Shown here piece after piece: positions 51,001 to 64,000 of a stretch of 64,000 bases of DNA. Numbering within the stretch: the first letter of the stretch is position 1; each line of letters opens with the position of its first letter. The stretch is from Balanoglossus misakiensis (taxonomy: Eukaryota; Animalia; Hemichordata), in assembly GCA_040954595.2 (NCBI GenBank), contig CM082583.2, positions 7,686,849-7,750,848 on the forward strand, given 5' to 3'. Position numbers and translations under genes: made by a program. The notes beneath the pieces are model-generated. The model was not told the origin of the DNA. It searched no databases and saw only the letters and a program-made list of their open reading frames with translations.

Positions 51001-54000
51001 CAGTGACTATGGCCAATTTGTTGTGAACAGATAATAGTTGGCGGATATACAGCTTAAAACTCATTACAGATGCATTAATCGAAAATCACCGTTTTTAATC
51101 AAAGTTCGACAAACAGCTTCGGTATCAGTTCACCATCAATCACTTTGAGAACAATTTCCCGTCGTTCCCTCGGGGTTTTCTGGCTCTCTTTAGAACTCCC
51201 TCGACCCTCAAATGTTCACATTAGGGGGACTGCTTCAACACGCCAGTGCCGTGTGCGTTTTTTGTGTAATGTCACGGCGGAATTTACGTGATTGTATGTG
51301 TCACGAAGACGCGACTAGATACGCACAGTCGCTATAGCTACCGTGCAGTGCTCGGTGTGTCATAGCTGACAGGCTATAGGGTATTCTGTCGCGTGTCGAA
51401 CACGACTCTATAACCTTAGCGTGACTGTTTGTCAGTTTGATGCCTCCATCAAATCAAGTTCCCCCAGAAAGTTCCAGGCGTTTGGTTTTTAGAATGTATG
51501 TGATGGTTCGGTCGCAATCTAGTCCATGGCACTTTGAAAAAAGTCACTTGCAACAACCACTGCAGAATTAGGCATGGCCACCTGATTACATGTAATTGCT
51601 TATCTGTTTGGAAATGGTGAAGGAAATGTTTTCTCTGCCATCGTGAATTAGTGATAGCGGCACGTTTTCCCCATGTGTGATATTAACCTGTCAGATATAT
51701 GAAGAATTTAAAATTTCATTGAAGCAAATGTTAAGGTATAGTGCCCTTCGAGGCTCCAAAATGACGCCATTGATTGGACACGGGTCGGTCTTTTTTGTCG
51801 ATATCGGCCAGCAGCAAGCCTTACAGGAAGTCAGACGTTCAAAGTGATACAATGTATAATCCACAGCGAGCTATAGGGAGTCGATCGCAATGATAACTTG
51901 TCATGTCAGCTTTGCAAACGATCACAATGTTTTGCATCTTTGCTTCAGGCCCTGTGCAGTTCGTAATCGATAAGGGACGTGGTTTCTGTGGCAACACGTG
52001 TAGCTCGTGTCTTCATTATGTAAATATGACATTTTAAGGGACGCATCGGCCATTGGCCGATTTAATGCGTGCGACAGCTGTCAGGAACATTTAATATCAT
52101 GCAATCACGACGTTGTTCTGCTGTCTACGATATGATCGAGTTTGGACAAATATCACAGTTTATTTCGCTTTCTCTTCCATTTTGACAAAGCCAGTAGTGG
52201 AAAATATGTTCGAACCGGTCGATGCGTGTTTCAGTAAATCGTCGTTGATTTGTCGCGTTCTGTAAGAATGGATAATGTTTCCTAATCAAAGGCAAATGTC
52301 AGTCTTGTTATCTTGAGGAACTTTACATCCATGCACCCGTTCTCTCGTTAGCCCACGAGGAAACGGAGTGAGACAGCGTGGTACATTGACATTACCAGTG
52401 TTGTTTTCTTCAATTATTCCACTACTCCGAAGCCCTTCTCTTATTAACAACTGTCGCACGTGCTCCTTGTTGACTTGAGGACATTGCCTTCGATCCCGTA
52501 TATACATGTAGCTGCAGGAGTGGCATGGCAGCGGCGGTCAACCTATTTGGCATTTTCCACAACTGTTACATCATATTCCATTAGTTAGGTTATCCACTAC
52601 GGCAGAGAAATTAAGATTTTATGTTCTTTATAATCCACTTATTTTCACTTGGCGGTCAAGTGTATGGGAATATCTAATTTATAAGTGATTGTACTTCTTT
52701 AGTGAAGACCCTATGTTAATCTAATTGTTCTGGATATATTGGGTAGTCAGTGTTCGTAGCAAAAGTTACCCTTTAGATATGCGTGGGATGGCTGTTAGAA
52801 ACCTTTTGGGACACGTACCTATGCTGCCAGCTTCCCCAACGTGTTTAAACACGGAACATACACGCCCACGATTCGCTTTTGGTACGCATTTATACATAAT
52901 CCGCTGTTAAGAGTTAGACTATCATAGCCGACAGTGTTTGGTCGAGTAAATTATGTAAATTCTACGTTCTAAAATTCCTGCAAATACAGAAGATGTACCT
53001 AAACAATTAATTGTCTTGTTGCGGGAAGACCCATTTTCATTCTCTGAACCCTTGTGCCCCATGGCCGTCCCTCAATCTGGCTCCACAGTGACCAGTGTCG
53101 CCATCTTTAAAATTCAAAAACTGCCCTTCAGTTATCACGGTAGGAGAATGATATACATTAGACAATTAATTTTTATGAATGAGAGCAATTCCGTTTGGAA
53201 ACTCCATTAAATTCATCATACTTATCTTATTACACTGCAATATGTCCAAGAACCAACCCCTCCAGTAGAGCTACATGTATCAAGCAGCCACTCTTGTCTT
53301 TCTGTTTCGTCGAGTACCATACGCAGCCCTTCCCGGAATGATGAACTGGGGCAAGGCAGCCAGATTAACGGACTGCAAGATTGGGGATTATGATATTATC
53401 AATTACATTACAAGTAAATGTCGTATCTTTAACCATATGATGCTCCGCCGGGGGGGATATATTCTTCCATTTCCAGTGACGTGTATTGTTATTTGTACTT
53501 GCAAGCAAAAGGACATCGCTCACAAGTCCAACTTATTGCTGTTAAACATTATTTTAGGTGGGTGGCGTGAATGTCAATATTCCGTTGACAGAGACACCCT
53601 GACACGTACAAATTACACCAATAAACAGAACTCGGTTTCGTGTCGTTTACTTCCGGGTCGGAGGTCACTGAAGCCCGACCTAAAGTTTCAATCGAACGAT
53701 GTACATGAACATTGCCTAGAATGGGTTTATACTGGAATCATATGATATCCGCTAGTCATTGTCACTCTAACGTCTCTGGACAAATAGACACGCTTTAATT
53801 TATATGCAAGGCGTGTAACTTTTATTCACAGAAACTCATTTCTGTGCAACGTTGGCATTCCGGTGTATCTGAGGTTGAGATTAAGATGATGAAACAACAC
53901 GATACTGTTATCTGAAAGCGAGTGCTAGTATACTGCAACGAACGAAATGATAAGCGTCAGACAGTAAAAGTACCGCTACAATTATCAGACCTGTTCTCTG

Positions 54001-57000
54001 TGCAAATACTAATATCTCAAATTTTTCACTTCAATAGATACAGTACTTCGCCGACGGGGAAAATTGCATTTGAATATCATTAACGATAATCAATATATCA
54101 TAAGATTGGGGTCGCATACCGGAAAGCTTTTTGAACGTTTTGACATGGAAAGTCATAGAAAGCTTTGCTTTATATAGATCCATAAAACGCTGGAACAAAA
54201 ATTGTCATTCTAGTCACGATTCCGATTAAGCAATCATCGACCGGGGAAGCCTTTAATTTCGAAACCATCTACCAGATCTTATCAGTTATAACTTTGTGTT
54301 GATACTAGTGATAAGCTTGATATATAAAAAACCACAGCCTGGAGCGTGTTCGCGGTTACAAGAAAAGCATGCCTGTAGTTACACTAGTATAAATTATTAC
54401 TCGTTGTAGCCAAAGTATAGATTGCAAGTGCAACCCATAAAAGTATGTTGCATTTGATAACACGTTTTCCGTTTAAATATTTCATCAAAACGTGAATAAG
54501 AGGGGGTATATGCTCACATTCACATTAGCAGTATGATTGTAACGGCATCGTTGTGGCAAGCTCCCCACAAGGGATTATCCTTAGTCACACCGTTAATACT
54601 ATTAGTTTCACCAACGCTTGTTATCGTCTTAAAGGTCAAGGAAAGTTTTGTCACCGCTTGGTGGCGGTATGTACAGTATTAAGAAGTTTTTATTCGTTTG
54701 TTGGTAACATGTGCTGAGAAAATGACCTGCGGTACGGTGCGGTGACAAGTTGTAATTGATATGGCCTGCAAATTGACCGTCTGGGAAAGACATGTTGCTT
54801 TAGGCAGTTGAGTGAAGACCCGGAGAAATATTTGACTACACAAAGATAAGGGGTGATCCGAAAGGTTCACCAGTTGTCCCTTGCGGACATCAGGGTTACG
54901 GTTCAAGAAATAAATAAATCTCTACATTATTGCTTACGAACTTTTACTTTTGGTTTAACACATTGTGCAGGTACGAAAAGGATGCGTGGAAAATTCGACA
55001 ACTTTTGCGGCTGTGTCAGCCTTCCAGAGCCTAATAACATCACATGGTCCACCCCAGACGCGGAAAAGTCGAAACACCCTGAAGACTGATGGTAATGAAT
55101 ATTCCTTCTGTTATTTCCCCCCCCCCCCGTTTTTCCTTCAGTGCTTATGTATTTTATAAGCAAATATGAGTAGAATTTCATTGCCCTAATGGCGATGGAT
55201 GAATGGGGTATTGTGATTATTAGGCAAATACGATTTGGTGGTGAATTCCTCCATCTACAATGGAATTGCCCAAAATGGTTCTCAGCTGCATAGCTATAGG
55301 GAGCCACCTATAGGTTGTCGTGCGCGGTGACTAAAAATGTACGTAAGTGATAACCGGTCGCTGGCGGCGCGCTTCCGAAATACTGGTGGTTTGGCTCGTC
55401 TGGAATGATTCCAACATGACGCATAATTTGTGTGCAGAAGGGTTTTCTGCATGTGCACGCCAGCTAGTGGTGAGATAACAGACTCAAGACGTGGCCGTGG
55501 ATTTTCTATCGGAGGATGGTGACTTCATGGCCGCGGTGTTGTGCCCTTGAGCAACGTCGAATATAGCAAGAGTTCCATTCAAAGTTATTGTGGTTGAGTC
55601 ATAGAAAAAGATTGTGTGTCTGTCAGCCTCATAGTGTGATTAATACTACGGTTGTTGTAAAAAATATGGCCACATGATATACCTGAATGAAAATACTCCT
55701 AGCCAGAGTAAAATTAAAAAACATCACGTTTTATTGCGATATGGAGCGCATGTTTCCAGGTAACCATAACAGTAATTCGTCATCCTTTAGAGCATGAAGT
55801 CATATGCGTGATGCCATTTACACTGTCTGCGTAAGCACTGCTATAGTTTAACGAGGAGTTCCCATTGTATCAGGTTTATTGAAGAAATAGCGTGTCCATG
55901 TGCCTGGTTATTAGACTGTACGGGAAGCCTTACAATCAACCCCTGGTTTTCTGCATGTAATACCGGAGATCATTTCGCGTAATTACAGTGCCTCCGGGGT
56001 GAATTTGAATGTTTCGGTGCACTCCATGTGTTTTTTTTTCTTGTCTGGGTACATCTGCAAGTACGTGTTATCAAAGGATCGTAGGGCAATGTAAATGTTG
56101 TGGGGTGACAGCTTCATAGTCTCTGAAGGACTTGAACGGCAAACGCCATCAGTTTAGTCAGTATGTTAAAGGCAAATTAGCTGGTATCTTATATACTGGA
56201 TTTTTCCGATTTGTTTTGCACTGTATGCAAATGCCATTTCTCGTTGTACTCCATATGGCATGCTTATACATTTTACTTGCTTGTATGGCCCCCGTATACA
56301 ATGTGAAACGACAATGGTGAAGCATACGGAGTGTTCTGATAAGCGTGAGGTGTTGAATGATTCATGAACAAACATGTCAAGTTGATTTTGAAGGTCTTGT
56401 GTCTGATTCAGCACAGAGTAACATCTATTCGAGGCTTACAATTCTCGAGTGTTAACATCAACGCAAAGGGTTTAGCACATACGGAAACATCTGGGTGTTG
56501 ACCCACTTCGTAAATTAAAAAAAAAGAACGAAATGTCGCATTGTGTTCCTCGATATAGACGCCATCATCTATTGAAACATATGGACATGGACAAGGCCGA
56601 GTCAAAATTCATGATCATCGATATCAACGGAAATGGATACTACTATCGAAAATGATCGTCACGGGACTAATCGTAGAGAGGTCAAGTTTGTCGCTTTTAA
56701 GCGCTGTCAAATTAATGCATAATTGAAGAGATGAGATTACTGTTTAGATCCGTCCCCTTCCTCAGTAGGCCGTCCCCGAGGTTTGGTTGTAAACAATTGT
56801 ATTTCAAGCAATATCAAATGTAAATGCTTTTATGTGCTCGGAAAAGTGAACGTGTCGTCACATTTACTCGTTTTTTTCGCCGTGTCTTTGTTGTCTGATT
56901 TCGACAAAAGTGTCAAGTCGACATTCCGACTCAAATGGCCCATTAAATATATCACAAGTGAGCGCAGAGTGGCTCGTTAAGTTACCCCTGTCAATACGGT

Positions 57001-59202
57001 TAACAGAAGACGGGAGAGAAGATGCCAGTCATGGGACGGCCGGTGAAGCGCATCATTCGGCGCCTTTCTGTCTCCATGGCTACACAAAAGTGAAGTCTCT
57101 CGCGGGTGACATCGAATACTTCCTGATTTCGTACGATAACCGTCATGCTTTGCCAAGTTAGGAACATTTCGACCCTGACCAGGCTAATTTAATGAACCCC
57201 TTTTTTATGATAACCAAATACAAAACCTCCGTAATGCCTGTGGAAGGTGCTCAGTGAATTATTGCTTTCCGCTACGTCACGAGTGTACGGAAATTACAAG
57301 AGCATGCCGGGGACCTTGAACGCGATTAAACAAAACCAAGACTATATGCCTTGCAATATGCGCTTTGTTCAAATGATGACTCTACTTTCTTTATTTCCAA
57401 GCGGTAACAGTTGTTTGGCGAGACCTTGTATTTCCATTTTGTTGCGGTCACTGACACAAAACCAGGGGCAGCAAGCTGACGTTTTTTGATCCAAGGTGAA
57501 CAAAATTATTAATGGCCAGTAATCGTCCCCCGGTGAGACACCACATGATACACAGCTGTTAGCCGAATGTAGGCCTATTTGTATTTTTCGAACTCAAGAG
57601 GCTGGAGCAGGCAGTCACCGTCGCCTCTTCTGGTTAACGTTTATGGCTACAAGCATCTCGTGGAATCGACTAGTTTAGAAGAGGGAGTACTTTTTCAGAT
57701 AATATGCGTTCAAGACCGTCTGACTTGCATGAATGTCAATGTACCCGGCCGTGTAAGCTGTGATTTACATCAAATTTCGCGGATAACAATGTCGAGTGGC
57801 TCCTTCAGCTCTGTGCACGAACCAATTTGCATCAAGAAGGCCGCTACTACACGAATCACATTTCCCCCCACTTCGTCGCGAGTGTCGTGAACACGGGTCA
57901 TTATCGCCGACGGAGTATAAGAGCGCCGGGAGTTTAGATTCACCGTCATTATAACCGTATAAGTGGAAAGGTCCAAAACGCGCTAATTATTGATTTGTAA
58001 TTTTCAAGAGTTTTGAGAAGTGGATTTTTTCAGATCGGAGCAAATGAGTCCCGTGATGTATTCGTCCCTTCTGTTCATTGAACCATAAAGAAAAGAGATT
58101 ATTTCGCGTACTTTAAATATGATTAATTGCATGTCACTGTTCTTCAACCTTGTTTGAAGTTACTCGGTTATGATCATCGTTCCAGAGTTTCCCAAAAGGC
58201 CAACGATCGTCTTCTGCGTTGATTTGAGTCTTCGACTCTATTGTCGCAAGTCCCTGGAGCGTATACCCTCGGTCGTATCTTCAAGCACAACAGTGTTCGC
58301 GCAGAGTTCACATATGTTGTTCCCGAGTATTTTGTACACGCTGCTAACAGCACAAGTGGTAACCGATTTTCTCTGTGTCGTCAACAGTTGGCGATGTTGT
58401 AGATACTGTTGAATTATAAATGCTCTTCCCCGCCCGCCACAAGCCCGTAGGTATAGTCAAACAATGCATTTCAATACCGCTACGAACATAAACGCCACAT
58501 CAAATCGGTAATGAGAGCCAATTACGACGGGTTTAATTTATTTTAATTCTGACTATCAGCCATTTGGAGCTATTTGGACTCATTACGACTTATCATGCTC
58601 GTCCTCGTTATCTGCAACCAAACGTTGCTCTCGCGATTTCTGCCCGAGAGTAATATCGTTCTGTTTACAGAAATCGACGCCGCACATGCTTGTGTGTCTT
58701 TCTGAGTCATTTGAATAAACAATAAGGAGGATTGGAGGAAGCGATATTGGTCGGAGGCTCTAATGGGCCGATCGCCCTTGCTGGATTATTTCGCTAGTTC
58801 AGTTAATTCTGCTACTAATGGACGCCAAATAATACGATGAATATATCTTCCTTCAAATGACGACAGCATATTCTCGCAACGGCATCGTTCCGTAAAACAC
58901 AATATCTCTTTAAAGTTCCCGTCGGACTCCTTAGTCTCCTGGAGATCTTAATCGCCAGGGTGATTTAGCTATATGTCTATTATATTTCTTCAAATGACGC
59001 CATTTTTATCCGCTGAAAGTCTGGTAAGCAGGGGAAAAATTTCCATTTTCTTTCGTGGTGGATGTCATTTCCAAACTTGCTGTTTGTCCAGACAATCGCA
59101 GTATGACTTCAATGTATAGATCACACAGTCTAAGATAACAATAATTTACCGAAATGCAAATTGTTCAATAATTTTTAATAGAGGAGGTTGTGCATGATCG
59201 GT

Positions 59203-59326
59203 ACCACCACCACCACCACCACCACCACCACCACCACCACCACCACCACCACCACCACCACCACCACCACCACCATCGTCATCGTCATCGTCGTCGTCGC
59301 CATCGTCGCCATCGTCACCACCACCA

Positions 59327-59365
<39 letters not shown>

Positions 59366-59387
59366 TCATCGTCGTCGTCTTCGTCGT
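59203..59387. repeat. Compound trinucleotide microsatellite (CAC)n-(CAT/CGT/CGC)n-(CAC)n-(CAT)n-(CGT)n
   Basis: About 185 nt of in-phase trinucleotide units; it generates the poly-H/T/V/G/D ORFs in the track. Confidence 0.97.
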
Positions 59388-62300
59388 ATAGCAAGGTTTC
59401 AATTCGTGGCCGCCGTTTTCCTCACACGTACAGTTTAACGTCACTTACCTCTGTCCCGCCAAAGAAAAATGCACGGCCATTCTTAATCTAGTAAATCATT
59501 AGATAAGGAATTCTTGTTCTCGACGACAACCGACGCGCGGATAAGGTCCATTTTACTGATTTTACTGGACCATTTCGGCATCTTAGAACAGATCTCCCTG
59601 GAGACGGTTTATCTTCGTTCACTATTAGGAAAGTACAATCTGCATGTACCCATCGACCAACCGATCAGATAGTTTTCAAAGCTTATCTACGGAAATCACG
59701 CTACCCCTAATTTGCCATTAAATTTTAACATGGGTGAAAAAAGACATCTTGTACTGTCTGTGAGTAACTTGTGTTTGAAGGCATATTATCTACAAACTTT
59801 GAAACATGTACTTCCCCGAAATTTACTTTTTTGCGATGGGGCTGTTTTTGTTGGGCGGTTGGTAGATTTATCTTTCCCACTAGTTGTCTCATTTCGATAT
59901 GGAACTATGCGCTGTTGATGATTTTTTTCTGTTTGAGAGGGTACTAATGTAAAATTTCTTTATATGGTTGTATTGGGAAAAGCGATATAATGCAATTGTT
60001 CGCATGTCAGCTTCAGCTATTTCACTTTGCTCAAGCGACTCGACGTATGACAGAAAAAGTCGAACAACGACCGCGAAATGTTTCGGCTTCATCAAATAAA
60101 CACAGATTATCACTAACCATTCACCATGACCCTTGGCATCGCGATAACCCACTTCTGTCAAAATTAATGTGAACACACTGAGCTATTGTCGAGAAAATGT
60201 TTCCAAGCATATAAGATGGAGCCAGTAAAGCCCGCCATTAAAAAATGAAAAGTTCGAGTTTAAGCACCGAAATGCGTATTTCTTCACGGAGATTTTATGA
60301 TATAATCCTCATTAAACATAGCCATATAAATCAGCAAGATTTATCTGCCGATGGCACTAGCTTTCACCATTTAGAAACTCCACGCTGCGACTGTGATTTC
60401 CCCAGTCATAACTTTCATTTTCTAATCCATCTTCTCCGAAAACTGCATTTGTGCATTTACAGCCGGCGTTTATATGTAATCGCTTCCCGGGTGCACTTTA
60501 TTGAAAACAGATCAGTTTGAAATATTTGATATATGACACAAGTAAGCGACACTTGATGTGAACTGTGACATTCAATTGTGTTTGTCTGTGTTAAACAGAA
60601 AGACTCGCCGATTGCAATATTTGACTGAAGACTTGGTTTTAGAAGCGAAGCATTGTGGCCGTGAAATGGAATGATAGAGGTGATTTCATCTCGTTACAGT
60701 CATAAAATGACATTTTGTTTCTTACCGGTTTGCAGGGCGTCTCTTGAGAAATAACCTGAAAGAAGGTATCTATTTATTTGGCTTAGCTATATTTGCGTTC
60801 AATCAAAAATGAAACACCATCAGCCGACAAAGAGGCTGTGATTTCCTTGAATTCGCGTTCCATAGTGTATCAAGAACACACTAAAACGAATGAAGCCTCC
60901 CTTTCGCCGCAAGTGAACTAGACGTGAAGTGAATATTCCCCCGTGGTTGGAATGTTATGCGCCATTATAACTTGTAGATATTAACCAGTAAAGTGACTGT
61001 ACATTATGGTAGGCAAGTTTACACAAATCTTGAAGCAGTAATATGAAGGGCCCGTCCACGTTATACGAGAGTTTTGGAACTTTTCAAGTTCTCGCCGCCT
61101 CCCTATACACGATAACGTTGTATCATTTAACCAACATATGTACTATACTGATGTTCGCCCACACATTTTCTTTCTCGGAATGATTAAACTCCGTAGAGGA
61201 AATACAATACAGCGGTGCCGGTTATCCGCACGCGTTGCCGAGGGCAACCCGGCACACCGAACAGGACTACAAAAAGATTCGTGAATCGTGAAAGATAGTT
61301 ATGAGAAAACCCATCCTTCTTGCGCAGTGGGTCAGCACTTTTTTTGGTCAAATTAAATTATGAACTATCGAATTAAACACACATTTCCTCCCCCGGGGCC
61401 AGATAATAGTCGTTGTGGCGCAGTGTTCCCCGCTAACACCGGAGAAATCAGCTTATTCCCCCCGGGGTATGGTGCGGTTCATGCGGTAGGAGTTTGTGAC
61501 GGATGGCGGAGCAAATGACGCGTAAAAGATTGTTGTCGAATTTGAAGGAGCTGGAATTATTCCTATCTCATCACCATGTCAAATGTACCGTTCACGTGAT
61601 GCAAAGACGCTAAAACTGCGTTGTTCGATTTCTTCCTCTTTAGTTTCAAAAGAAACAAATACAAAATCGCATTTTCATCGACTTGGCAATTTCCTCTTGG
61701 CAACTGTTGCCTGGCTGTATGAATCCCTCGGCACCGCCTTAAGGATGAAATTAGTGACAAACGGAGAGGATGAGGGCCATCATGCGATAATTGCACATTG
61801 GCTGTTACGTCTCAATAAATGCCAGCGCAGCGTTAATGGATGATCTTGAACCTGCCATCAGAGCATTGTCGCAGCATTTATTCAAACAACTGACTGATGA
61901 GGCGCAACGGGTCTTTCGACATTCATTTGAAAGACGACTATAGGCGCGCAGGCGCGAGGACAAGGAGACGCCAGCCCTCTGCAATAAGGATTGATAGTTT
62001 GTTGATTATGCCAGTCTTGTACACAGCGAATGACGTCACTGGGTTGAAAGGTCCGTGGCCATTTTAACTTCGCCTCACCTGGTTTACTCGGTGGCCTCTG
62101 CACATAGGGCAACAGTCACGATAACTCAATCAAGGTGTGAGCCCCTCAAGCTTGGGCATTAGATTTATTAGTTTATAAGGGCGGACGACGAACGACGGTT
62201 TGTCTATAAACCCTTGAAAGAGAAAGTCCCAAATCCTGAGTGCAACTCCGATGTACCCTAGATCTTCCTTTGAATCGTTGTTTGTATGTACATGTGGAAA

Positions 62301-64000
62301 TTACCCACTACCCCTTATACTCGCTCACACAACCGATGTGTGACTTGGCAGGTGTGAAGATTATATAAAGTTCAGTGGGATTAACGTAGGATTACTCACA
62401 TCACAGGGAAAAAATAGTTACAAAAACATAGGAGTGACTGGCGTCATTCCTGTGCCTTTGAACTAGCGCTACTGTCGCATGTTTCACTTCAACGAGCGTT
62501 AGAAATAATCCCATGTGCCATTTGGGGGTAACGTGATTGGAATTGCGGCAAAGTGTTCAAGAGATGCGGTGGCGTGCAAATATTTTGTAGTACATAAATG
62601 ATACAACCTTACCATATGGCGATTATAAATGTGGTCGATCCTCTATTTTGATGGATTTCCTCGTAAAAGTCTCATTTATTTGCATATTGTGGATGACTGG
62701 CACATTCCGTGGCTAGAGGGCGCATTCCGACGATGGCGACCGTTTAAGTTTGGTGCATGTTTTGTGGGATGTCTTAAGCATAGCTTGGAGACGGTGGGGA
62801 GGCGTTTACTGCATATATTTCTTTCAAGCCTACATTATAGGTCACTGACCAGTGGGAGGATAATTGATTTTTGAGAGCCTGTTTGTTTTCTGCACGATAC
62901 TTTGGTTTCCAAACCCCCGTCTGGCAATTCTGCATTAAAGTCATGCTTGAATGGCGGATCCGTGCATCATTATGCTCTCCACAATTGCTTCTTGCACGGA
63001 AAGTTTTATTTCTTGTGTGTAGACCCACTGAGTCTCTTATAATACACAGTGAATGATCAAATGTACTATAATGCCGCATTCTTGTACTCTTTTGTAGGAT
63101 TATAAAAAAACGGCGCCGCCTGATGAGTAGTTTTTCTGACATGGCCCTCGCCGTTATTAAAGATTATGTAGGCTTCCTTGAACGTCTGCTCACTTAATTC
63201 CTGAGATTTCGTCATCATGTTTCTGCTTTGTTGTAATTGTGGTCACTTCGAATTATGCAGATCTCATTTATTCCAAGAAATCGGCCTGGAAAACGCGTGC
63301 AAGGGACAATGAATTGATTCCTCGACCCGCGGCTACCCCAGTTCTTGTAGCTTAACTTCAGTGGATATGTCAATTATTAATCGCAGGGAAGTCTTCAAAG
63401 TGATCAACAAATGCTAGCGACAATGCGTCAGTGCTGTGCGTTCCCAGCGGAATTAATGGCTGTGTCGTTACCGACGTTAAATTTTCTGACTTTGCCGGTC
63501 GTTACATTCGGATTACTCGAGCTCATCGTGTGTTTATAAAGCAATTAAATTTTTCATCGCCGATTTGGTCCAACCTTTGCGTGACACCGTAAATTAATTT
63601 CCCCGCCTGGCAAATTGAAAGCTGCCCCCCAACCGAACACGAACAAAGCGTTTCCTTAAAATGATCGCCACGTGCTTTGTTCTTTCCAGCGATAAAGTCA
63701 TAAATGTCATTTTCAACGAATCTTTGCGCGTATGTTTACATTAAAATTGTACAGTATCCATCCCGACGTAAGTCATAATATTGATTTGTGTTTTTCTTCT
63801 AAAATTGCCGTAACATTTCTCCTCCACTGGCTTTTCTAAACCCATTAGGGAAAAATCAGGTAACCGGATTTTGCGTTTGACGTGTCCCAATTTTTTGACG
63901 AGACATCCTGTGAATTGTATTTTTTCATTGTAAAAATGTATAACTTTCCTTACTGCGGTATGTACGAAAAATCGATGACGTCGTTAAGCACTTAAGTTCT

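Noticed and set aside
59146-59444. Poly-His, poly-Thr, poly-Val and Gly/Asp ORFs
   Set aside because: Translations of a microsatellite; no supporting gene structure.
1-64000. CRISPR arrays, operons, rRNA, or intact transposase/reverse-transcriptase ORFs
   Set aside because: None seen; the sequence is intron-containing eukaryotic DNA and the only long ORFs are the two GPCRs.

Overview
Eukaryotic (metazoan) genomic DNA, AT-rich, with GT-AG spliceosomal introns and no prokaryotic features. Gene content suggests a marine invertebrate, plausibly a deuterostome (inference). Four intact protein-coding genes can be reconstructed by hand: (1) a 9-exon GPI-anchored alkaline phosphatase (+, 1617-6248, 618 aa); (2) a convergent secreted C-type lectin fused to a CBM14/peritrophin-A chitin-binding domain (-, 9291-7704, 198 aa, 5 coding exons); (3, 4) two paralogous somatostatin/allatostatin-C/opioid-type class A GPCRs with intronless coding regions, arranged tail-to-tail (+17503-18699, -43459-42374). 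Less obvious signals: an orphan histone H1 tail fragment ending in a canonical histone stem-loop (11534-11670); a promoter plus first-exon module present in two diverged copies (~6.9 kb and ~30.1 kb); a near-consensus recursive-splicing (ratchet) site on the minus strand at ~33.5 kb; strong enrichment of the palindrome TACATGTA; several hairpins, microsatellites and repeat fragments. Most short ORFs in the track look spurious. All calls come from reading the sequence by eye; no database searches were run.
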